DNA of 64,000 nt from an uncultured virus (IMG/VR IMGVR_UViG_3300027416_000239) (taxonomy: Duplodnaviria > Heunggongvirae > Uroviricota > Caudoviricetes). Positions 55,001-63,262 of this stretch are shown one piece after another. Below the pieces are notes generated by a model. The model was not told the DNA's origin, ran no database searches, and saw nothing but the letters and a program-made list of their open reading frames with translations. Position numbers and translations under genes: made by a program. The first letter of the stretch is position 1. Every line of letters starts with the position of its first letter. The stretch is taken from IMG/VR virus record IMGVR_UViG_3300027416_000239. One strand, written 5' to 3'.

Positions 55001-56876
55001 TAGCGCTATTAGCAAAGAGTGCATGAGAAGCCGAGGTGCTTGTTGCAGCGTAAGAAGCGCTCAATGCATTAACTGCATGCGAAGCACTAGTAGCTGTAAG
55101 AGCGTAAGATGCTGAAGTAGATGTAAGTGAGTAAGATGCTGTTGTTGCATTAACTGCATAGACTGCATAAGAAGCGCTATCAATTAATCCCACAAACTGA
55201 CCGTAGAACGAACCACTGAATGATCCAGACATACCGGCTAGTAGCTCTACTGTAGGTTCAATACGTAAAGTATTAGCTTTGTTAGGAGAGATGTTAACAC
55301 CAATAGCGTATGCTTGGTCTAAAGCGTTAACAGCAAACTTAATTGCTCCTACTACCTGACCTGAACCTGAGCCTGCATAAATAATTGCAGTACCGGTCCC
55401 TGGATCGTACATTCCAATGGTAGATTTAGATCCTGAATCGTCTGCAACACTGTGGGCTACGAAACCTCCGTTATTCTCTGCGTAATAGTATCCGTCTAGG
55501 ATAGTAGAGACATTACCTCCGTAGGACCTACTTACAAAGAATCCTTGAGAGCCTGAGATTTGATCTGTAGAACTCCAGATTGCTATCTCATCTGTCTGAC
55601 CTCCACTATCTCTAACATAACCCGGTACATATGAAGCAGTAAGGGCATAAGAAGAGCTAGTAGCACTTGAAGCATAAGAAGCACTTACTGCATTTAATAC
55701 ATAAGATGCTGTTACGGCATTTTCAATTACAGCAGTAATGGAGCCACTAAAGTTACCTTTAAATGAACCTGTTAGTTCTACGTTACCTAACTGTAGGTTG
55801 TCTGCTACTGTGATTGCAGCTTTATTATCGGTAATTGCTACGTCTATGTTCCTAGCTGAACCTGTGATAGTTAACGCATCAGTTTTGAGGTTAACTAAAT
55901 CGTTACCTGTAGATCCTGATAAAGCTAATGTAGAAGCAATTCCAGTTAAGTTAGAACCGTCTCCTTTGAATGAACCTGTTAAGTTAACATTAGATAAGGT
56001 TAGATTCTGTGATACGCTAATAGCAGCTTGATTGTTTGTAACAGCTACATCTACGTTATTGACCGAGCCTGTTATCTTTAAGGCATCAGTTTTCAAGTTA
56101 ACTAAATCGTTACCTGTAGATCCTGACAGAGCTAATGTAGAAGCGATTCCAGTTAAGTTAGATCCATCACCTTGGAAAGAGCCTGAGAAGGATCCTGAGA
56201 ATTCAGGAGATGTGATTTTACTTGTTGCTGTTATGGAGCCTGATATGTTGATAGACCCTGTGAATGCATGGTTATCATCAGCAGAGTCACCGAATTTTGT
56301 AGATCCCGATTGGTATATAATGGAAGCAGAAACGAACTCGGTATGAAATTCCTGTGCAGTTAATGTACCGGTAATAATTGCATCACCGTCTACATGTAAT
56401 TTAGCAGTTGGATTGCTTATACCAATACCTAAGTTACCACTTGAGCTAATATAATATACTTCTGCTCCTCCAAAAGCTGCTCCATCTGTAGATGAGCTGT
56501 AGAATTGAAGCTGTGTTATATCACCGCCTGGTACTCCACCTACTCCTGTTAAGCCTGAGCCATCACCTTGGAATGAACCACTGAATGAACCAGAGAATGG
56601 AAGTACTTTCCATGTAAGGCTAGCTGGTGTTGATACTACGCTAGGAGGTGGACCTGGGTCAAATGTTTGAGATGCAGCAACCTTAGTGGCAATGTAAAAC
56701 AGTTTTTCATCTTGTAGATACGCAATCTGCCCATCTTTTGCTCTTTCAAAAGGAATAGCAGCCATAGAAGCAGAATCAGCAACTGTAATCCAGCCACCTC
56801 TAATCTGCTCTATATACCCGAATGGATCATTAGTATCCCCCGGTCTAATATATACGTCACTAACTGTAATTGCCAT
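52035..56876 (-). CDS. large tail fibre / virion protein (1613 aa) with C-terminal KSFVIDHP...LEGPE chaperone-like domain
   Basis: GNVGIG repeats, ASYA/ASHA low-complexity repeats, C-terminal KSFVIDHP..KKLVYGVLEGPEHAVYCRG. Confidence 0.8.
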   Translation of the reverse strand: MAITVSDVYIRPGDTNDPFGYIEQIRGGWITVADSASMAAIPFERAKDGQIAYLQDEKLFYIATKVAASQTFDPGPPPSVVSTPASLTWKVLPFSGSFSGSFQGDGSGLTGVGGVPGGDITQLQFYSSSTDGAAFGGAEVYYISSSGNLGIGISNPTAKLHVDGDAIITGTLTAQEFHTEFVSASIIYQSGSTKFGDSADDNHAFTGSINISGSITATSKITSPEFSGSFSGSFQGDGSNLTGIASTLALSGSTGNDLVNLKTDALKITGSVNNVDVAVTNNQAAISVSQNLTLSNVNLTGSFKGDGSNLTGIASTLALSGSTGNDLVNLKTDALTITGSARNIDVAITDNKAAITVADNLQLGNVELTGSFKGNFSGSITAVIENAVTASYVLNAVSASYASSATSSSYALTASYVPGYVRDSGGQTDEIAIWSSTDQISGSQGFFVSRSYGGNVSTILDGYYYAENNGGFVAHSVADDSGSKSTIGMYDPGTGTAIIYAGSGSGQVVGAIKFAVNALDQAYAIGVNISPNKANTLRIEPTVELLAGMSGSFSGSFYGQFVGLIDSASYAVYAVNATTASYSLTSTSASYALTATSASHAVNALSASYAATSTSASHALFANSATTASFAASSLTASYFTGSHIDFTPRVAGSEPAHRAGRVFYDATEGALAVYNDVADVTMQVGQEFWIRAINKSGNPILNGTPVRISGSTGDRPNIWPAVAENHIVSQFGRENHIIGVATNDIADNATGYITAQGIVRKLNTTAFTAGDTLYLQTGSAGFRNTPPPFPYDVVRVGWVTKVNAGNGLIFVEPKSPVHLRDIAVISGSENTVTYDVLVKNANGGFAPRHNNMILSGSFSGSFAGTIDRAVSSSHAIQADSASFAVTSSYALKAESVGQLNQDVVITGDLTVFGSSSFYHVTSSQLDVDSAFISVNVFEPIERFGGLRVYDSGSSDATASFAWDSLHDHWVYQNVSGSTYSGAMFMSGPRNTGSLGEEPTLTKWYVARSDGGDHLENSQIWSSGSDHIVYGDLFTTGTTSGSFVGDGSGLFGVAANPAGLDKSVQFKSGSVTGGASNFFYDHTSAKVGIGTASPTTTLEVAGIVTTKGHTLVGNYANFTSLPGAGIYSSNVSFDSGIGALLLASRTDAENVIAFGTNNGTSMGERMRITGVGRVGIGTTSPAALLTVSNTTDNGAAVRVQRTNALSGSYTELGTVGGSGRIESFNGNLTIGADASNTDSSSVIQFKVDNSEKVRITSTGNVGLGTTTPTSGSLQIYNTTGTNHIVFDGGASTANSYIGAFAGGMYLSTNYYYDSGHRNDIGSLRSMEIFMGDDLLQIATMPSGSPGTRTRVMVISGSQGYVGVGTTAPSAQLHVYSTGNGELEVQRASGALFNVQAQSSLAAIGTDSNHPLYLKTNAGTRAQISTGGALRLNNYGSGTQTGTATKSLAVDSSGNVIEIDVSSNGTGVANEVAFWKDTDTVSGSQALTWDGTTLSINGILEANEKSFVIDHPTQPGKKLVYGVLEGPEHAVYCRGKINGNVIELPEEWTGLVHEDSITVQLTSIGKHQNLYVVDVRDNRVFIKNGDLLTSKINAYYYIQGTRKDTKPLQTVRDK
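55850..56190 (-). repeat. tandem duplication, 207-nt (69-aa) period
   Basis: GDGSNLTGIASTLALSGSTGNDLVNLKTDAL twice; TTAACTAAATCGTTACCTGTAGATCCTGA starts at 55891 and 56098. Confidence 0.9.
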
Positions 56877-56890
56877 ATCTTATAAATTGT

Positions 56891-59800
56891 TTAAGGTAGT
56901 GTATCCCCGCTTGCTGCGATTGTCCATTCATTAGTACCAGTTGCTCCAGTTAAACCGTAAACAACACCCCATTCCGTATGTCCGTCTACTGCTACATCTG
57001 TAGTAAAATATAACACTCCGGCTGTTGTTACAGCAGGTGGTGTGGTTGCATAAGTGATTAATGCATGCTGTCCTGCAGGCATAGTACTGAAGTCTGATCC
57101 TAAGTACATTGTGTTAGGTAAGCTTGGGAGTGCAGAAGAAGATGGGAATAGGAATAGAGGTTGGCTACCGGCTGCATCTTGTGTTATAGTTCCTAATGTC
57201 TTAATTTCTAATAGGTCTGCTACAGTACCGTCTGTTTTCGGTGTTGCTGTACCTTGCCCCGATACTGTGATTGGATCTCCGATATTACCAGCAATCCATT
57301 CAGCTAACGGATAGTCCGGGTTCGCATAGTCGTACTGTTCGTAGAATTGAGCTCCGATAGCTGCAAGTGCTTGCGCCTCTGTATTATCGAGGTTAGATCT
57401 ATTAATTGTATTAATATAGATGTAGACTGGTGTTGTTCCTGTACTTTGCACGGTAACTGTTTTAGTTTCTGTTGTTGTTTTATTGAAACTATCTCTAGCA
57501 GTAAGTTCTACTTCATAGCTTCCAGCTCCTAATCCTGCTCCATCTACATTAATATTATAGGTCTTAGTGTAAGATGTAGCTCCTGTCTGTACTAATGCAA
57601 AACTGCCAGAGTTAGCTCCTCCTGTTATAGTAATAGATAGGATTGAATCAAGAGATTGTGGGTCTGTGGCTGTTACTGTACCTACAGTATTTCCTACGTT
57701 TGCCGATCCTGATACTACTGATAAACCTGTGTAAGATAAGGTAGGAGCTGCATTAGCAGTAACTTGAACTGGTACCAGTACTTCAGAAGATACCCCGTAA
57801 GCGTTGGTAGCTACAACGTACTCCTGAATTAAGTTATAAGGAGCACCTGAGGCGTTCTTAGCAGAACCGCTGATATTAGCTTTAACTGATAATCCTCCAT
57901 TACTATCGATGGCTAAGTACGTACTAGGTGATTTAATACTCCAGGTTACATCTTGGTTAGTATTCATATCGGCTTGTACTCCGGTATATCCGTCACTATT
58001 AACTACCACCTGAGAGGCGCTGAGTGCACTTTCAATAATATAGAAGTTAACGGCATTTTTAATAGGTACGTCCGGTGCTGCTAAAGTAATATTAACTGGG
58101 ATTGGAGTAACTGTTGTAAGTCCGAATGAATCTGTAGCAGAACCTGTTAGGTTATAAGATCCTGATGTTAGATTCTGTGTTGTATGTACTGCATACAGTG
58201 CTGTGGTGGCTGTAGAGCTTGCTAGTGAAGCAGAAAACTTACTAGCATCAGTACCGGATAATGTGAAGGATACAATGCTATCATCTTGAGGATCAGCGAT
58301 TGAAGCAGATCCGATTACTTCATTGTTTTCAGCATCAGATACATCCTTAGTAAAACCTGTTAAGCTAACTGTAGGAGGTAGGTTTTCAGCTACTGCAATA
58401 GTAAATGCTGCTTTAGCAATTTGATTGTAAGCATCACTACCGGTAACACTAAATGAGTAGCTTCCGCTGTTTAATGCTGCAGAAGAGGAAACTGTATACA
58501 CTCTGGTAGAGCCTGCAGTTCCTGCTGAGAATGTAAAGCTACCTACGTCTGGTCCGTTAAAGTCTGTTAACGAAACGTTGCCCAGAGATTGCGGATCAGA
58601 AATTGTGATGGTTCCAAAGCCTGTAGCTGTAGTAGTTTTATTATTATTTTTACCTGCTAAAGTATTCGTAATAACAGGATCTAAATCATCTACTACTGCC
58701 ACACTAAAGGGAAGAGATCTAGAAGCACCAAAGGTGTTAGTTGCTACTACTTCATCGGTAATTGTATTACCAGCCTGCTTGGCAGAGCCGCTGATGTGTA
58801 CTTTAGCTGATAACTTACCGTTAGAATCAATAGCTAAATATGTTCCATTTGTTAAGCTCCATGTTACAGCTTGGTTTGTTGTAAACTGTGCTTGTGTGCC
58901 TGAGAATCCGGTGGTACTATTGTATACAAAAGCGCCACTTACAGCACTTTCGATGATGTAAAATGGATCGTTTGAGTCAGGAATAGAAGGAGCCTGTACT
59001 GTAGCTGTTACCGGGATAGGTTTAATTGTTGTGAATCCAAATCCATCTACAGCTGATCCTGTTAGATTATATGTACCTGATGTTAGGCTTTCTGCAGTCT
59101 TGATAAGATATACGTACTCGTTTCCAACCTGTCCGTTAGGTACAGCATCAAATTTAGCAGCATCAGTACCGGTAAAGTTGAAGGATGCGATGCCGTCTAT
59201 TCCGCTATCTCCATCGTTAACTTGTACGTAACCTAACGTAGATCCAGAAACTGCTTGAGCAATGTCCGGTTGATAGGATGTAACTGTGGAGGATCCACTA
59301 TATAGTCCAATGACTGGAGGATTATTAGCAAAGACCGATACTGTAAAGCTTTGAGAGGTAAATTGTCCGTAAGAGTCGCTAGCTGTAACTCCTACTATAT
59401 AGCTTCCGCTATTTAAAGCTTGAGAAGAAGAGAATGGATACAGTACACTCTGTCCTGCTGACTGGCTTACGAATATAAATTTATCCCCATCGGGGCCGCC
59501 AATACCTACAAGTTGTACGTTTTCAATTGATTGAGGATCAAAAACTAAGATGTTTCCAAAGCCTGCTGCTCCATCTTTAGTGTAGTAGTTGTTAAGGAAG
59601 CTTAAATTCGGAGAGATCGATGCTCCAACGTTATCTGTTATAGTTACACTTATATTATTCTCTTTATAGAGACCGTAGGTGTTAGTAGCTCTTACTACTC
59701 CTGAGAGTACGCTACCATTTTGGTAGGCTGAGCCACTTAGATTATCTTTTAGAGTAATGTACCCAACTGCACTACCTGAGATTGCTAGCTTTCCACTTAA

Positions 59801-62800
59801 GTCATCTGATAAGGACCAGCTAACGGGCTGGTTAGTAGTCATTGTGGCTACTGTTCCTGCAATTCCGCTTGTTGCTGTAGTTACACTAGCTCCAGTTAAT
59901 GCACTTTCTATAACATAGAATGTACCGTTAGGAGAAGGCAGTGAAGGAGTAGTAGCAGATAGTGTGTTAGGAATTGCTAAAGATCCTGTGAATGCAAAAT
60001 TATCTGTTGCAGAAGCTGTAATATTGTATGTACCTGTAAATGGAGGTGTTGTATTAAAGTTAACAGCCCACTTCTCATTACCTGTTCCTGATCCTTGACC
60101 TCTAGCACTCAGTCCTCCCATATTGGAAGATATTCTATTTACTGCAAAGTAACTGGCATCAGGTCCTGACAGAGTAAATGTATCAATAGCATCACCAGCG
60201 TTATCTGTTACAGTAATACTGCCGTAGATAGACCCTGATGAGTAGTTTTGTATCTGCCCACTAAATGGTAAGAACACTGTTAAGACTGGTGCTGTGTTAG
60301 CATCAATTACTAATGTAGAAGAGGCTGATGCTTCGTTGCCGTATAGGTCACTGCCGGTAAAGTTTAGTACGTAGCTTCCACTGTTTAGAGCTTGAGTAGT
60401 ATAGATCTTGTAGTAACTTACTCCTGCAAGTTGATTATACAGAGAAGAAGAGAAGAAAGAAGGATTAGTTCCCCCAAATGTATGAATAGTAGGAGGTCCT
60501 GCAGGATCTGCTTGTTCGTTAATGTAAACTTCTCCAATATAAGCACCAGAAGCAGTAACAAAGCTAGCTGCTTTTGGGGAATAGTTAGTTATATCTGATG
60601 TACTAATGGTTGGACCTGTATTGTCAAGTACGGTTACTGTAAAGTCTCTTGTCTTATATCCTCCAGAAGTAGCATTTGCTGTTACTGTACCTGAAATAAC
60701 TTTAGGTGCTTGGTATGTAGCACTACCGCTAAGATTAATCTTAATAAAGAGCTTACCTGTTAGAGGTTCAATATCTAATACTGAGTTAGTCTGTATGGAC
60801 CATGTTACTGACGTATTAGCTGTAAATGATGCTGATTCAAATACATTGTAGTAGTTACCTACGGGAGTATTAGTTGTAGTAGCTCCTCTAACATGAGAAC
60901 CGCTTAATTCACTTTCTAAGATATAGAAAGGTTCGTTAGTTAAGATCTCAATACCAAAGCCTGGATCTGGGTAGAATACCTGCTCAAGGAATTGAGAGAC
61001 TGTGGTAGTACCTGGATTATAGTTAACTAAGGTAGGAAGTAAAGGTTGTGTGATTGGCCTATCTCCGTCAAAGGTACTAGGTGTTGCTGAAGAGGATAGG
61101 CTTGCTAAAGAAGCAGAAATAGACCCCCAATCGTCAATATACGAATCTGTTGAATCTAGGTTACCCAGTACATTAAGAGACCCGGTGAAGGTATGTGTAT
61201 CATCAACAGTGTCACCGAATTTTGTTGAACCGGATTCGTATATCACTGCAGCGGTTACATACTCTGTATGAAATTCCTGCGCTGTTATAGTTCCTCCTAC
61301 AGTTAGGTTACCGGTAAACTCTCCCGAACCGTTGATACGTAGAGCAGAAGCTGTAATAGCTGTGCTTGTAGAGTTTCCGTTTACAGTAACTTGCTGTAAG
61401 TTTAATGTAGAGCTGGCTGCACCAATATCTGATAGTACTTGAGCTCCTGTTCTGTAAAGTACATCACCTGTACTGCCGTGTACTAGAAATTTATCTGTAT
61501 CAAGTCCGCTCTGCAGTACGTTACTCAGTCTTAAGTCAGATCCACTGATGGTTCCTACCTGTATACTGTTAGTGGTGATACTGCCGTTATCTGTTACAGA
61601 ATCTAGTGTAGGATCTCCAGAGCCAATTGCACCGATATCCGAGCGTACTTGAGCTCCTGTTCTATACTTTACACTACCTGTAGTATCTATTACTAAAAAC
61701 TTGTCAGGATCGGTACCGTAGTTATCTACAACGTTAATGCTTAGTCTACTTCCTACAAAAAAGTTACTACTTACTAGCCCCTGTCCTTGTATTGAAAGTG
61801 TTGAACCTGTGATAGGTCCTACGGACATACCTAGCGCAGAGGTGTTACCTGAGGATAGTACCTGTGCTAGAGTAGGAACTGCGATCTGTGCTCCAATATC
61901 AGAAGCTAACTGTGCTCCTGTTCTATATTCAACAGTACCTCCGTTAGATACTAAGAATTTATCTGTGTCTACTGTAGCGTTTGTAATTGTTCCAATGCTA
62001 AGATCTTGACCTACAGAAACACTGCCTGTAACGTTAAAGGAATTTTCTCCAAAAGTTATTATTCTAGTTGGGGATGCTCCTGAGTTACTGTCAAACCATA
62101 TACTGAAAATACCTCCGTCTGGGTCGATAATTCTTAATGATTGACCGCCTACTTCTAGGTAGGGATCTCCTGTAAGATTTAAAGACTGTATCTTAACAGG
62201 GTAATCACTGTTAGCTGCTACATGTAGAGTATTAGTTGGAGAGCTTGTTCCAATACCGATGCTCGAACCTGTGATTGTATTACCAATAGCAGCTGCTTGT
62301 TCTAGTGATATACCGCTTGATGCATCTTGAATAGTAGATAAAGAAGCTGATATCGATCCCCAGTCGTTAATGTATGCGTCTGAAGATGATATGGTTTCTG
62401 TTACAGTTACTGATCCTGTGAATGCATGAGTATCGTCTGAAGTATCGCCAAATTTAGTAGAGCCAGACTGATAAATAATTGATGCACTTACAAATTCTGT
62501 ATGAAACTCCTTAGCTGTTACTATTCCTTGTACTGTAAGGTCCTGTCTTACTAAAAATGCATCAGCAGACGATGCTGTCGCAGCATAAGATGCGCTTAAT
62601 GTATTTTGAGCAAATGATGCACTTATAGAAGATGTAACACTAGTGATAATAATATCAAATGTAGTGCCGTCTCCTTGAGTAAACGTAATAGTATCGTTGT
62701 TTACAGAGCCTGTGATCATAAAGCTACCGGTATCCAGACTTAATGCTGCTGCAATAGAAGCAGATACGTTTGTAATACCTTCAATAGCAAGGCTTCCGCT

Positions 62801-62926
62801 AATTATAACATCCTGAGATCCGGAGAAAAAGGCAACCGGTTCTCCTTCAACGTAGAGAACGACTTGCCCGTACTCTGTACGGTTAAGGTTGTTAGGATGT
62901 AAACCTATGTACGTTTTATTGCTCAT
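56891..62926 (-). CDS. large virion adhesin/fibre (2011 aa) with tandem cadherin/Ig-like domains
   Basis: Four FY(I/V)(I/L)ES-initiated super-repeats about 300-340 aa apart with Nx(A/P)P linkers and (A/G)xD motifs; N-terminal fibre-shaft modules. Confidence 0.75.
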   Translation of the reverse strand: MSNKTYIGLHPNNLNRTEYGQVVLYVEGEPVAFFSGSQDVIISGSLAIEGITNVSASIAAALSLDTGSFMITGSVNNDTITFTQGDGTTFDIIITSVTSSISASFAQNTLSASYAATASSADAFLVRQDLTVQGIVTAKEFHTEFVSASIIYQSGSTKFGDTSDDTHAFTGSVTVTETISSSDAYINDWGSISASLSTIQDASSGISLEQAAAIGNTITGSSIGIGTSSPTNTLHVAANSDYPVKIQSLNLTGDPYLEVGGQSLRIIDPDGGIFSIWFDSNSGASPTRIITFGENSFNVTGSVSVGQDLSIGTITNATVDTDKFLVSNGGTVEYRTGAQLASDIGAQIAVPTLAQVLSSGNTSALGMSVGPITGSTLSIQGQGLVSSNFFVGSRLSINVVDNYGTDPDKFLVIDTTGSVKYRTGAQVRSDIGAIGSGDPTLDSVTDNGSITTNSIQVGTISGSDLRLSNVLQSGLDTDKFLVHGSTGDVLYRTGAQVLSDIGAASSTLNLQQVTVNGNSTSTAITASALRINGSGEFTGNLTVGGTITAQEFHTEYVTAAVIYESGSTKFGDTVDDTHTFTGSLNVLGNLDSTDSYIDDWGSISASLASLSSSATPSTFDGDRPITQPLLPTLVNYNPGTTTVSQFLEQVFYPDPGFGIEILTNEPFYILESELSGSHVRGATTTNTPVGNYYNVFESASFTANTSVTWSIQTNSVLDIEPLTGKLFIKINLSGSATYQAPKVISGTVTANATSGGYKTRDFTVTVLDNTGPTISTSDITNYSPKAASFVTASGAYIGEVYINEQADPAGPPTIHTFGGTNPSFFSSSLYNQLAGVSYYKIYTTQALNSGSYVLNFTGSDLYGNEASASSTLVIDANTAPVLTVFLPFSGQIQNYSSGSIYGSITVTDNAGDAIDTFTLSGPDASYFAVNRISSNMGGLSARGQGSGTGNEKWAVNFNTTPPFTGTYNITASATDNFAFTGSLAIPNTLSATTPSLPSPNGTFYVIESALTGASVTTATSGIAGTVATMTTNQPVSWSLSDDLSGKLAISGSAVGYITLKDNLSGSAYQNGSVLSGVVRATNTYGLYKENNISVTITDNVGASISPNLSFLNNYYTKDGAAGFGNILVFDPQSIENVQLVGIGGPDGDKFIFVSQSAGQSVLYPFSSSQALNSGSYIVGVTASDSYGQFTSQSFTVSVFANNPPVIGLYSGSSTVTSYQPDIAQAVSGSTLGYVQVNDGDSGIDGIASFNFTGTDAAKFDAVPNGQVGNEYVYLIKTAESLTSGTYNLTGSAVDGFGFTTIKPIPVTATVQAPSIPDSNDPFYIIESAVSGAFVYNSTTGFSGTQAQFTTNQAVTWSLTNGTYLAIDSNGKLSAKVHISGSAKQAGNTITDEVVATNTFGASRSLPFSVAVVDDLDPVITNTLAGKNNNKTTTATGFGTITISDPQSLGNVSLTDFNGPDVGSFTFSAGTAGSTRVYTVSSSAALNSGSYSFSVTGSDAYNQIAKAAFTIAVAENLPPTVSLTGFTKDVSDAENNEVIGSASIADPQDDSIVSFTLSGTDASKFSASLASSTATTALYAVHTTQNLTSGSYNLTGSATDSFGLTTVTPIPVNITLAAPDVPIKNAVNFYIIESALSASQVVVNSDGYTGVQADMNTNQDVTWSIKSPSTYLAIDSNGGLSVKANISGSAKNASGAPYNLIQEYVVATNAYGVSSEVLVPVQVTANAAPTLSYTGLSVVSGSANVGNTVGTVTATDPQSLDSILSITITGGANSGSFALVQTGATSYTKTYNINVDGAGLGAGSYEVELTARDSFNKTTTETKTVTVQSTGTTPVYIYINTINRSNLDNTEAQALAAIGAQFYEQYDYANPDYPLAEWIAGNIGDPITVSGQGTATPKTDGTVADLLEIKTLGTITQDAAGSQPLFLFPSSSALPSLPNTMYLGSDFSTMPAGQHALITYATTPPAVTTAGVLYFTTDVAVDGHTEWGVVYGLTGATGTNEWTIAASGDTLP

Positions 62927-62931
62927 CTATC

Positions 62932-63261
62932 TTAGGTTGTTTCCATCATTGATATAACTACATCTGCTGAAGAAGATACGTTAGAAGCCACTTGTAAAAC
63001 ATCTGTAGTTTCTAGTACTACTTTTTGATCTCCTCCTACAACAACTAAACTTCCTCCTGCTGCAATAATACCGTCTTTAAGTAAGTATGCGGTAACACCT
63101 GCAGAAGTATCTACTACCTCAGCATCTACTGTGATAGTAGCTGCAGTACGGTTAGCAATTGCCATACCGATTACAGTTGTAGTTGTAGAAGCAGGAACAG
63201 TATAACCTTCGGCTACTGGACCTATTGCTGCTATTACTTTGTTTTTGAATGTGTTTGCCAT
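62932..63261 (-). CDS. small conserved virion-associated protein
   Basis: MANTFKN...GGSLVVVGGDQKVVLETTDVL; follows a gene ending AMAIALG. Confidence 0.75.
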   Translation of the reverse strand: MANTFKNKVIAAIGPVAEGYTVPASTTTTVIGMAIANRTAATITVDAEVVDTSAGVTAYLLKDGIIAAGGSLVVVGGDQKVVLETTDVLQVASNVSSSADVVISMMETT

Positions 63262-63262
63262 C

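Noticed and set aside
27426..56876. Diversity-generating retroelement acting on fibre genes
   Set aside because: No reverse transcriptase in the window; differences between repeat copies are mainly synonymous and not adenine-specific.
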